Made by a program: the position numbers and the translations under genes. Positions 34,511 to 42,268 of a stretch of DNA of 44,422 bases are shown one piece after another; the first letter of the stretch is position 1; each line of letters opens with the position of its first letter. Source of the DNA: a virus; the IMG/VR virus record IMGVR_UViG_3300045988_020221, positions 1 to 44,422 of that record; one strand, given 5' to 3'. Under the pieces are notes generated by a model. It made no database searches and was not told the origin of the DNA. It worked only from the letters and a program-made list of their open reading frames with translations.

Positions 34511-34958
34511 GATTGTATGTCACCTCATCCATCCCGTGTACCCGGCACAGATCTACCAGCCACCCAAGACCAGAATTGTATGCCGCCTCAATGTTGCCCA
34601 TCGCGTCATCTAACCCGCCGGTCTGGGCGGAGCTGATAAGCGGGAAGGCGTTTGACTCATCTGCTAAAGCAACTACGGTTTCCAGCGCCGAAGCGGCTGT
34701 GCCGATGCTGTACTCTGCATCCGAAATGGCTTTTGCATATCCCGTCGGAGACATCCCGTAATCTAACCTGCCCGGATAAAAACGGTCTTCTGCGTCGGTC
34801 GCAAGCATCATCTGGCTTACGCTCATCAAGAGGCTTGCGCATTTCGTAAGCTCTGCTGCTGCCCGATGCTTGAGCGCAAGATTCCATTCGGGGACGCTGA
34901 CTGCATACCGCAGAACCGCTTTGCGGCGTTCCTTTTGCTCTAGGGCCATGTATGTCAC
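34503..34958 (-). CDS. hypothetical early protein
   Basis: ORF track. Confidence 0.6.
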   Translation of the reverse strand: MTYMALEQKERRKAVLRYAVSVPEWNLALKHRAAAELTKCASLLMSVSQMMLATDAEDRFYPGRLDYGMSPTGYAKAISDAEYSIGTAASALETVVALADESNAFPLISSAQTGGLDDAMGNIEAAYNSGLGWLVDLCRVHGMDEVTYNHG

Positions 34959-35482
34959 CTCTGGTAAACCTTCTGCCGGTGCTCGTCCATAACAACGTAC
35001 AGACGGCCCGGCTTTTCTGCTGCCAGCTGGTCGGCGTACTGGATGCCCGCCAGCGTGTTCGGCATGGGGATTTCGTTGACAAAACGCAAATCCCCGTCAA
35101 AAATCTGTACCGTGCTCACCTTTTTCTTCTCCTTCTTCTGGTGGATGTGCCGCAGCCGCTCCGGCTGACGATCATGCCAGCGAATCTCTGCGGCTCGCAT
35201 ATATCTACCGTTCATATTTCTGTTCCCTTTTCGTCTTTTTGCAGTAACGGCGAAGCGGGGGGAGACAGTCGACCTCCGCACGATCAATGCGCTCCTGCTC
35301 AAAAATGTACTTGCGCGGACGCTTTTTTTATGGCGTCGGTGTCCAACGGAAGACACAAAGCTGTTGGCGGTCTTGTATCCAAGCTTTGCAGCGCACATGG
35401 AAGACGTTCCCGCTGCCACTATCTCACCGGTCTTGGCGCTGTACACGGTGTACCATGTGATATAGTGGATGTTATCAGCCAT
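34955..35482 (-). CDS. hypothetical early protein, possibly two fused small ORFs
   Basis: GGAGG RBS before the ATG at 35482. Basic, low-complexity centre. Confidence 0.45.
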   Translation of the reverse strand: MADNIHYITWYTVYSAKTGEIVAAGTSSMCAAKLGYKTANSFVSSVGHRRHKKSVRASTFLSRSALIVRRSTVSPRFAVTAKRRKGNRNMNGRYMRAAEIRWHDRQPERLRHIHQKKEKKKVSTVQIFDGDLRFVNEIPMPNTLAGIQYADQLAAEKPGRLYVVMDEHRQKVYQR

Positions 35483-35669
35483 GTGCAACGTCCTCCGCAT
35501 CGTGGAGGGCTGTGAGTAGCCCATCTGCTGCCGCGCTATAGACCTCTGATTTTTCCCGGCAGATGACCCGCAGCCAGATGTCTCCCGTGAGTGCGGACTC
35601 CGTTGCAAGTCGCGTGGCTGTTTTCAGGTACTCTTCGGCCTGCTGCCGAACCAACTCGTCCAGCTTCAT
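35475..35669 (-). CDS. small helical hypothetical protein
   Basis: ORF track. Confidence 0.55.
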   Translation of the reverse strand: MKLDELVRQQAEEYLKTATRLATESALTGDIWLRVICREKSEVYSAAADGLLTALHDAEDVAHG

Positions 35670-35986
35670 GCGCCCTTCTCCTCATCCTGCGGATACTCCG
35701 AGTTCCGGGCATGGTTGCGGACGATTTTGCCGTAGCCGGTGCGCTTATACCGTTTATTGTCCTCATGCATCCCATAAAGCGACATTGCCAGCCCGGCAGT
35801 GGATGCAACAATAATCCAAGGCGCGGCATGCGCAGCCTCGGCGATGTCCCAGCCGCCCCAGCAAGCCAGTGCAACGGCCATCAAAGAGCAGGCCCAGCGC
35901 ACCACCTGCACCGCGCCGATGATTGCCAGCAAAGCCAGCCCGTCCAGCGCTAAGATGAGCCGAAAATTCATCGGTTTCTTTCTCAT
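35666..35986 (-). CDS. small multi-TM membrane protein
   Basis: Start MRKKPMNF... overlaps the upstream stop. Three hydrophobic segments. Confidence 0.6.
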   Translation of the reverse strand: MRKKPMNFRLILALDGLALLAIIGAVQVVRWACSLMAVALACWGGWDIAEAAHAAPWIIVASTAGLAMSLYGMHEDNKRYKRTGYGKIVRNHARNSEYPQDEEKGA

Positions 35987-36222
35987 TCTCTCGGTTCCTC
36001 CTTTGTATAAACCTTTTCGAGATTGTAAAAGTCCTTCACCCACGCCATAAAACCGGCGCGGGAGATGTCCGGGCAGGGTTCTTTTGTTCCTACGGACGGA
36101 ATCGCCCAGCTGGTAAACAACCCCGCCTGGATCTGTGCTCCCAAGACCTTTTCGGTCTTTGAGATGTTGTTGTCCCGAAGGATCTGGACGCATTCGCCTA
36201 TCGTAAGACTCGGCTTCTGCAT
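35983..36222 (-). CDS. hypothetical protein (79 aa)
   Basis: ORF track. Confidence 0.55.
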   Translation of the reverse strand: MQKPSLTIGECVQILRDNNISKTEKVLGAQIQAGLFTSWAIPSVGTKEPCPDISRAGFMAWVKDFYNLEKVYTKEEPRE

Positions 36223-36262
36223 GGCCTGCTCCTTTCTTTCGATTTAGTTTTGCAGTGCTTTT

Positions 36263-36913
36263 TCACGGCTCGGCCTCCACGAACTCGCCGTTTTTGAGCG
36301 TGTACCAGACGTTTTCCTTGACAGAAGCACCGTCTACTTTTTCCATCTTTGCCCACAGCATATTGCCGTCATCGTCGTACTCAGTCAGCGCCAGATAGCA
36401 GCCCAGAACGCCCCGTACCTTACTGTGTGCGCCGTTTGCGACGGCGATATTGCCTTTTCCGTCTGCTTTTGCTCTGCAATAAGCCCCAGTAGCTGCCGCC
36501 GTGCTGTAATTGCCGCTAGAACCCGCCGTGCTGTAATTGCCGCTAGAACCTGCCGTGCTGTAATCGCCGCTGGAAAAGGGCCCTTTGCCCTTCACCCGAT
36601 TAAAAACGGCGTTCACCGCAGCTTTTACCAGCCCTGCAAAATTCACCTCACCTTTCACCGTCAGCTCAGTGCAGGCTAGCTTACTGTCCCCTATGCTTTT
36701 ATCCACGTTCCCGCCGCACTCGACCTCAAAAAAGCGCGGGCTGTCCTTCAACGGGTAGTAGTGCAGCACATCCAGCGGGTTCTCGCAGGCGTGCATACCA
36801 GCGTGGCAGCAGTCGGCCTCCGGCTCTGTGTAGGTCTTGCCCACGTCATACTGCTTGCCACGGCACATCATGTTTTTGTCCATGGCCTTGTAGGCGATGA
36901 TTTTTTCACTCAT
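36263..36913 (-). CDS. conserved-looking phage protein with GxYSTAGSS repeats
   Basis: Cys/His-rich N-terminus (CRGKQY...CCHAGMHAC). GDYSTAGSSGNYSTAGSSGNYSTAAATG. Confidence 0.65.
   Translation of the reverse strand: MSEKIIAYKAMDKNMMCRGKQYDVGKTYTEPEADCCHAGMHACENPLDVLHYYPLKDSPRFFEVECGGNVDKSIGDSKLACTELTVKGEVNFAGLVKAAVNAVFNRVKGKGPFSSGDYSTAGSSGNYSTAGSSGNYSTAAATGAYCRAKADGKGNIAVANGAHSKVRGVLGCYLALTEYDDDGNMLWAKMEKVDGASVKENVWYTLKNGEFVEAEP
36498..36578. repeat. 27-bp tandem repeat, three copies, in frame
   Basis: GCCGTGCTGTAATTGCCGCTAGAACC(C/T) twice, plus a diverged third copy. Confidence 0.85.
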
Positions 36914-36967
36914 GCTCATAACCTTCCTTTATTGGTGTGTTTCTTCTGTGCAGGCATGGTCAACGCC

Positions 36968-37150
36968 TCACTTCTTAGAGCTGCCAAAGCTGCCAATGAG
37001 CCAGAGCGCGATCCACGTCGCCGTTCCGGCGGCCCAGGTGAACGTCCAGTGCATCAATGCGCAGATGGCCCACACGGCGGCGCAGGTAACGCCCCACGAG
37101 ATGCCCAGAAGGGCGGCAAACGCGATGATAATCGCCAGTGCTTCACCCAT
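36968..37150 (-). CDS. small two-TM membrane protein
   Basis: 60 aa, almost entirely hydrophobic. Confidence 0.55.
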   Translation of the reverse strand: MGEALAIIIAFAALLGISWGVTCAAVWAICALMHWTFTWAAGTATWIALWLIGSFGSSKK

Positions 37151-37439
37151 TGTTCCGCGCCTCCTTTGCGGTGCTCTCAGCTGCCTGTGCCGCTGAGTTC
37201 GCGCACCACTTGCCCGCCGGGGCGGTCTTGCGGGGGTCTTCCTGGGCTGCTGCGGCTTCGTCCTCTTCCAGCAGCTTGTTCAAATCGGCCAAGAACTGGC
37301 CGCACATATCCGCCTGCGCAGGCTCTGCAGGCCGGATGATAAAGCTTGTGTAGATGGCCGCTTTCGTTTTGTAATAGTCTTCGAGATACTGATACTTGCC
37401 AATCAGCTGGCAAACCTTATCGCGCATCGTGGTTTTCAT
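37143..37439 (-). CDS. hypothetical protein
   Basis: AAGGAGG RBS before the ATG at 37439. Confidence 0.6.
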   Translation of the reverse strand: MKTTMRDKVCQLIGKYQYLEDYYKTKAAIYTSFIIRPAEPAQADMCGQFLADLNKLLEEDEAAAAQEDPRKTAPAGKWCANSAAQAAESTAKEARNNG

Positions 37440-37455
37440 AAAGGTCCTCCTTGCA

Positions 37456-37698
37456 TCAATGACGCATAACAATGTTGGACGAATGAACCAGATAGGTCAC
37501 ACCGTCAATCACAACCTGAAGCTGGTCGCCTTCATAGTCGCGCCAGCTTTCGACATTGCCCTCGATAATCGTTCCATCAGGCATTTTCAGCTGTGCCCAG
37601 CTGTATTCATAGGTCAGATCAATAACCTGCTTATTGCATCCGGCCATCAGCAAAGCGCTTGCCAATACGGACGCTACACCAACAATAATTTTTTTCAT
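37456..37698 (-). CDS. small lipoprotein
   Basis: AAAGGAG RBS. Signal peptide with lipobox MKKIIVGVASVLASALLMAGC. Confidence 0.75.
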   Translation of the reverse strand: MKKIIVGVASVLASALLMAGCNKQVIDLTYEYSWAQLKMPDGTIIEGNVESWRDYEGDQLQVVIDGVTYLVHSSNIVMRH

Positions 37699-37719
37699 GC
37701 TCGTTTCTCCTTTTAATAA

Positions 37720-38254
37720 AATGTCTTCTCTTTGCTGTGCTGTCGCAGTTCTCTGCGTTTCCTAGCCTCACTCTTCTCTGCCTTTGCTAAACATCGCTTC
37801 TCAAAGCCATTGCGCTACTTGACTAAGCTGGTCCTTGCCAAGCCGTTCCATTGCAAATCACGGCATTTCTTCTCTCTTCCATGCCAATGCATCCGAAGCA
37901 AAACCTTGCCGCAGCGAATCGTTACGGTGTACCGCTTTTCCTTCGCAAATCACATCAGCGCTTTTCTCTGCCATTCCTTCGCATTTCTTCGCTTCGTCAT
38001 TCCATTGCCAGACTAATCAACGCCTTACCTTTGCTTCTCGGTGCCGTGCCATGCCTTGCTCAGCCTCTCCATGCTCTGCCTTCGCTTCGCAAAACGTCGC
38101 TCTGCCCCGCCCTGCCCTGCCTTCGCCTTGCCTGTCTGTGCTTCTCCGTGCCGCTGCGATGCTCTGTGCATTGCCACTGCACAGCAGTTCACCTCATAGC
38201 CTTTGCCAAGCGACTCCTCCGCGAATCAGGGCCGTCAATGCCATGCCCTTGCTC
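37720..38254 (-). other. ORF-free, purine-skewed (on the transcribed strand) tract with degenerate short-word recurrences
   Basis: No minus-strand ORF of 60 aa or more. My hand count gives about 178 purines in 530 nt on the + strand. All three + frames are open only as shadow ORFs. Confidence 0.7.
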
Positions 38255-38887
38255 TCAGGCCTTCACCTCATAAGCGGTGTAGGTAAAGCGTCCCTTTCCG
38301 CTGTTGCGCCACTGGCCGATGCCGCGCAGAATGCCATAATCCAGCCACTCACGCACAACCTTTTCGTGGCTGTCGTCAAGGAGGATTACGTCAAACTCGC
38401 AGGTGCTGCCCGTCGGGACTTCCTCACTGTTGACCAGACTCACGCGCTCGCCCTGTGCGGTCTGTGCGCGGAGTGGACGCTGGCACTCGGTAATCTCACC
38501 GTTCGTGTGAATGGGAATCATGCGGGGCTGAATAAAGATCAGGCCGTCAATGACCTTCTTGTAAGCAGCCAGCTTGCCGCTTTCGTTCACGGCCTTCTTC
38601 TTGCCCGTCTCGGTCTTGCCGCCGATGCGGGAAAGCATACCGCAAGCATCCTTAAACATGCCTTTGATTTGGTAATCGTAAAAAATCGGATTGCCGTCCG
38701 GGTCACGCGGGAAAACGGTCATGCCCTTGTCAGCTACCGCATCAGGGCCAAGAGCCGCCACTTCATCCTCGATGGTTGCGGCATCCGGCGACTTGCTGGC
38801 GATAAGCTCGCGGGCCACATTGGGGTTTGCGGGCCATGTGCCCAGCACCGGCTCAATAAACGTAGCTTTCACATGCAGTTTTTTCAT
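38255..38887 (-). CDS. early protein with a RAMP-like motif pattern
   Basis: GGAGG RBS before the ATG at 38887. ...YQIKGMFKDA... and C-terminal GIGQWRNSGKGRF (GhGxxxxxGhG pattern). Confidence 0.7.
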   Translation of the reverse strand: MKKLHVKATFIEPVLGTWPANPNVARELIASKSPDAATIEDEVAALGPDAVADKGMTVFPRDPDGNPIFYDYQIKGMFKDACGMLSRIGGKTETGKKKAVNESGKLAAYKKVIDGLIFIQPRMIPIHTNGEITECQRPLRAQTAQGERVSLVNSEEVPTGSTCEFDVILLDDSHEKVVREWLDYGILRGIGQWRNSGKGRFTYTAYEVKA

Positions 38888-38912
38888 AATAGTAACCTCC
38901 AAAATATATTGC

Positions 38913-39728
38913 TTACGCCACGCCGTCCTGGTTGTGCTGCCGGGCGGCAAGCTCCATCTGCTCCACGCTCTGCCTGCGCTCCACGCTGGGCAGCATTCCC
39001 ACGGCCTTGAGTTGCTCATAGATAAAGCGCTGTCCGGCTTCCGTCCATACGGTGGTGTTCTTGGTGTCCCACTCGCCGGTGCTCTTGTGCTGGAACGGCG
39101 TGGATTTGCGGTTTTTGGTGTAGCCCTTGCCGCAATACTTGGCGTATAGCACCCACTGGCCGTCGCTGGTCTTGTACTGGATCTTCAGGCCGTGGAGGAC
39201 GCTGTTGAGCTTCTCGGCACTCAGGCCGTAATCCTTGGCAAGGCTGGTAGTGGTGCGGCAGTTCTTGCCCACGCACACCGCCCGGGCATACTCTGCATCC
39301 GGCTTCAGGTCGTTGTTCTCGGCCAGCAGGCTGCGGTTCACGCTTTGCAGCTCTTTCACTTTGCGGTCAGCAATGAGCACTGCACGGCGCATTACCGCTT
39401 CCGGGCTGTTCCACTGGGCTTCTACCGTCAAGAAATACTGCCGGGCCTGCTTGCCGCGCTCGTTGCGCTGTATCATGCACAGCTCCTTCGCCATCGGGAT
39501 GGTAAGCTGGTGGTCGTCCACCGTGCGCGTGACCTTGCGCCCGCCCTCATTTTGAACTCGGTCAATTTTGACCGGGTTGAAATCCTCGCCCTCGGTAAAG
39601 CCGTACTCACACATACGAGGGAACCAATGCCGGTAATCTGCGCCAACCTGCAAAAACTCGTGCAGTTCCCGGCCGCTCACGGTGGGGCGCTCCGGGTTGT
39701 CGTAGTTGATGGGTATAAGGTTGTTCAT
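38913..39728 (-). CDS. antirepressor, AntA-type N-terminus plus KilAC domain
   Basis: VSGRELHEFLQVGADYRHWFPRMCEYGFTEGEDF. C-terminus TTSLAKDYGLSAEKLNSVLHGLKIQYK. Confidence 0.8.
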   Translation of the reverse strand: MNNLIPINYDNPERPTVSGRELHEFLQVGADYRHWFPRMCEYGFTEGEDFNPVKIDRVQNEGGRKVTRTVDDHQLTIPMAKELCMIQRNERGKQARQYFLTVEAQWNSPEAVMRRAVLIADRKVKELQSVNRSLLAENNDLKPDAEYARAVCVGKNCRTTTSLAKDYGLSAEKLNSVLHGLKIQYKTSDGQWVLYAKYCGKGYTKNRKSTPFQHKSTGEWDTKNTTVWTEAGQRFIYEQLKAVGMLPSVERRQSVEQMELAARQHNQDGVA

Positions 39729-39937
39729 GCAGTCTTACCTCCTTCATCATCTGCCAGCAGCGCCGTGACCGGCACCCGGAAATACTTCGCAACCTTGAGC
39801 AGCTGCGAAATGCTGGGGCCGTAAATGCTGCGCTCCCACTTGCCGATTGCGCCGTTGCTCAGGCCTGCCGCCGCTTCCAGATCGGTGCGGCTCAGTCCGT
39901 GCAGCTTGCAAAACTGGTCAATTTTTGAAACATTCAC
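39725..39937 (-). CDS. Cro-like XRE HTH protein, first gene of the early operon
   Basis: AAGGAG 8 nt before the GTG at 39937. LSRTDLEAAAGLSNGAIGKWER. Confidence 0.75.
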   Translation of the reverse strand: MNVSKIDQFCKLHGLSRTDLEAAAGLSNGAIGKWERSIYGPSISQLLKVAKYFRVPVTALLADDEGGKTA

Positions 39938-39958
39938 TAGCAATTCTCCTTTCCGGGC

Positions 39959-39987
39959 TTGAAAATCACTAGAAAATATGCTACTAT
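39959..39987 (+). promoter_or_regulatory. sigma-70-type promoter toward the repressor-like gene
   Basis: TTGAAA, 17-nt spacer, TACTAT. Confidence 0.5.
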
Positions 39988-40091
39988 GTAGTTGCAAGGT
40001 ACAAAGTGAATAAAATCTAGCGTCTGCCCGATATAATATTGTCAGGGTCCTTGGTTTTGTTTGCCCTGTGCTTAGTATTATACTAGCCAAG

Positions 40092-40153
40092 TGGCTATTT
40101 TGCAATAGCCAATATGCAATTTAGTGAACATTTGGCTATTTTCACAGAATAGC
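40092..40153. promoter_or_regulatory. operator-like inverted repeats in the switch region
   Basis: TGGCTATT-TTGC-AATAGCCA (40092-40111) and GCTATT-N7-AATAGC (40135-40153). Confidence 0.6.
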
Positions 40154-40165
40154 GAGGTCTTTTCT

Positions 40166-40489
40166 ATGCGAAATGTGGAGAGAGCTAAAAAAATCGCTAC
40201 TGAAAAAGGGATCAATGTTTCTTTTGTATGCCGAGAGATTGGAAAGAGCCGCGGCTATATTTCGCAAATGATAGTAAGCGGACGTGACTTCCCGAATGAA
40301 ATGCTAGTGCCAGTAGCCAATGCGCTAGGCGTCACGGTTGAAGAGTTGACCGGCGAAGAGCAAAAAGAAAAGCCCAGCACCCCGGAGACGGTAAGCCTGA
40401 GTGGCCTGTCTCCTGAAGATGCTGAGCTTGTACAAAAGATTCTGAACGCTTCGGAAGCGAAAAAGAACGCGATCCGGGAGCTGCTCTGA
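40166..40489 (+). CDS. CI-like XRE HTH repressor candidate (107 aa)
   Basis: Divergent from the cro-like gene. INVSFVCREIGKSRGYISQMIVSGRDF. Confidence 0.7.
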   Translation: MRNVERAKKIATEKGINVSFVCREIGKSRGYISQMIVSGRDFPNEMLVPVANALGVTVEELTGEEQKEKPSTPETVSLSGLSPEDAELVQKILNASEAKKNAIRELL

Positions 40490-40490
40490 A

Positions 40491-40595
40491 TCAGCTGTTT
40501 AGAATATCGAGGACTTTCTGACGAAATGCAGGGTCACTCTTAAGCTTTTCGATGATTCTTTTGATTTCGTCCTGGCTGAAAGATGTATCCTGCAT
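40491..40595 (-). CDS. 34-aa micro-ORF (MQDTSFSQDEIKRIIEKLKSDPAFRQKVLDILNS)
   Basis: AGGAGG 10 nt before the ATG. Convergent with the repressor gene. Below the track cut-off. Confidence 0.35.
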   Translation of the reverse strand: MQDTSFSQDEIKRIIEKLKSDPAFRQKVLDILNS

Positions 40596-40623
40596 TTTGT
40601 TTTGTCCTCCTTATATAATTGTT

Positions 40624-41235
40624 ATGTGTGAGGTGTTTCCCGTGATATGGAATGTTGGATTTCGGAAAAATATCACGCGGGTTATCAATGCGGTCTTCAA
40701 GAAAAAAGACGATCCTGAAGTCCAAGAGCCGTTGCGTTTTGTGCGCCCGAACGCTAAGTGGAGCAAATCACCAGAGCCCGTTGTTTTAATCGATCCTGAC
40801 ACCGGGGAGGAATTTGTGGATTTTCCAGAAGAAGCAATCCCAGAACGGATACGGAGGGTTTTGGACTCTTTTCTAGTGATAGAGAGGACTTCAGATGTCG
40901 ATATTCTATTTTCAAGATATGATATGATTCTTGATACGCTCGATGAGCTCAAGAAGTATGAGAGGATGGGGTTCAAATTTGATTTTAGCCCTACTGAGCT
41001 TTACGACATGATGAAGTTTTCTCTCTTTGACCTTTTTGAGGTTGTTGTCGAAAATTCTTATATCAAGCAGCTGGAAAAACTCCTGACTTTGAAAACTCAA
41101 AAGGGAAAAGCAAACTCTATTCAAAAGTGGAAAGATTCTTTTTCGGATGAACGAATTACAAATTCAATGATGGGTTGTGTGGTTTTGCGTTTTGACAAAA
41201 TGCAGAATTTTATAAAATCAAAAGATGAGGCGTAA
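40624..41235 (+). CDS. hypothetical protein in the AT-rich lysogeny island
   Basis: ORF track. Start is uncertain: ATG at 40624, or GTG at 40642 with a GAGGTG RBS. Confidence 0.6.
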   Translation: MCEVFPVIWNVGFRKNITRVINAVFKKKDDPEVQEPLRFVRPNAKWSKSPEPVVLIDPDTGEEFVDFPEEAIPERIRRVLDSFLVIERTSDVDILFSRYDMILDTLDELKKYERMGFKFDFSPTELYDMMKFSLFDLFEVVVENSYIKQLEKLLTLKTQKGKANSIQKWKDSFSDERITNSMMGCVVLRFDKMQNFIKSKDEA

Positions 41236-41310
41236 TCATGGCAAATGCCTGTCCGATCTGCGGCGGCAAGCTGGTTGGCTGCCTATTTTTGTATATGTGA
41301 GGTGCGTTTT

Positions 41311-41880
41311 ATGAAATGTCCAAAATGCGGAGCTGAAATTGAGAACGTAAAGTTCTGCCCTGAATGTGGAGCACCTGTTGCTTCGGGTTCCGTGACAGCA
41401 GCTATCGAATCAGACGAAAAGCCTGAAACGAAGAAAAAAAGTCACGGATGCGGATGCGCGGTCGCTGTTAGTGTTGCACTGATCATGTTCGTTCTTATGC
41501 TTACTCCTTCTTCCAGCACGACAAGTTCAACGTACGGAACAAAGAGCAGCACGTCCGTAAAATCGTCAATTTCTGCCGATGATAGCCTTACAATGGGGCA
41601 GAGAAACGCTTTGCGGGCTGCTAAAAACTACCTGAGTGCTGGTATGGGATTCTCTTACAGCGGCCTTGAAAGTCAGCTTGAGTTTGAAGGATATTCCACG
41701 GAAGATGCTACTTATGCCGTAGATCATTGTGGCGCCGACTGGAACGAACAGGCTGCAATAAGAGCAAAAAATTATATCAATTCCATGTCTTTCTCTCGCT
41801 CCGGTCTGATTGAACAGCTGGAGTTTGAGGGATTTAGCCAAGGCCAAGCGGAATACGGAGCCACTGCTGTGGGATATTGA
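41311..41880 (+). CDS. Ltp-family superinfection-exclusion-type protein (zinc ribbon, TM, two Ltp repeats)
   Basis: MKCPKCGAEIENVKFCPECG. TM VAVSVALIMFVLML. Two copies of QRNALRAAKNYL...FSYSGLESQLEFEGYS..DATYAV. Confidence 0.75.
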   Translation: MKCPKCGAEIENVKFCPECGAPVASGSVTAAIESDEKPETKKKSHGCGCAVAVSVALIMFVLMLTPSSSTTSSTYGTKSSTSVKSSISADDSLTMGQRNALRAAKNYLSAGMGFSYSGLESQLEFEGYSTEDATYAVDHCGADWNEQAAIRAKNYINSMSFSRSGLIEQLEFEGFSQGQAEYGATAVGY

Positions 41881-41944
41881 TGTGCGACCCTGTTCACAAC
41901 CGCATTATACAACTGTTGATTGTATCGCGTCAAGCGCATTTAAT

Positions 41945-42053
41945 CGCGCAAAAATGCGCGAAAAATTTAGCATTTGCGCTGAATCGCTGAAATTTACGCT
42001 GACTTTTTACTAAATACGCGCGTTTCGCGCTGAATCCGCGCAAAATATGCGCG
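41945..42053. promoter_or_regulatory. cluster of GC palindromes in an AT-rich spacer between convergent genes
   Basis: CGCGCA-AAAA-TGCGCG (41945-41960), GCGCG-TTT-CGCGC (42018-42030), CGCGCA-AAATA-TGCGCG (42037-42053). GCGCTGAATC occurs twice. Confidence 0.5.
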
Positions 42054-42056
42054 TTA

Positions 42057-42266
42057 TTATCCGTGGTTGCAAGGTTGTTGCAATTTTTGCAACAGCTGCC
42101 CGGCAAGCTCCCCGCCGGGGGCGGATGCTGCGGCGTGGAGAGCCTGAATAGACTTTGCCTTGCGGGTTACATAAAGGCAGGCCCAGTCCTTACCCTCCGG
42201 CGGCATATCCTCATAGCAGGCCAGCGCGGCGCGAATGTGGGTGCAAAACAGCTGCATCTTGTCCAT
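42057..42266 (-). CDS. hypothetical protein (69 aa)
   Basis: GGGAGGA RBS before the ATG at 42266. Confidence 0.55.
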   Translation of the reverse strand: MDKMQLFCTHIRAALACYEDMPPEGKDWACLYVTRKAKSIQALHAAASAPGGELAGQLLQKLQQPCNHG

Positions 42267-42268
42267 CT

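Noticed and set aside
37720-38254. Idea that the tract is a gene read with TGA recoded (in one minus frame every in-frame stop is TGA until a terminal TGA-GGC-TAG, and a tRNA-Trp gene is present).
   Set aside because: Neighbouring genes, including the one immediately upstream and the tail chaperone, terminate at TGA. The phage tRNA-Trp has the normal CCA anticodon, not UCA. The putative start has only a weak RBS. It is kept only as a note inside the finding.
37732-39010. Three overlapping + strand ORFs (37732-38016, 37835-39010, 37851-38273) that cover the ORF-free tract.
   Set aside because: All three + frames are open only because the + strand is pyrimidine-rich and rarely forms stop codons. 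The translations are Ser/Pro/Leu/Cys/Ala low-complexity with no RBS. The longest is antisense to a well-supported minus-strand gene.
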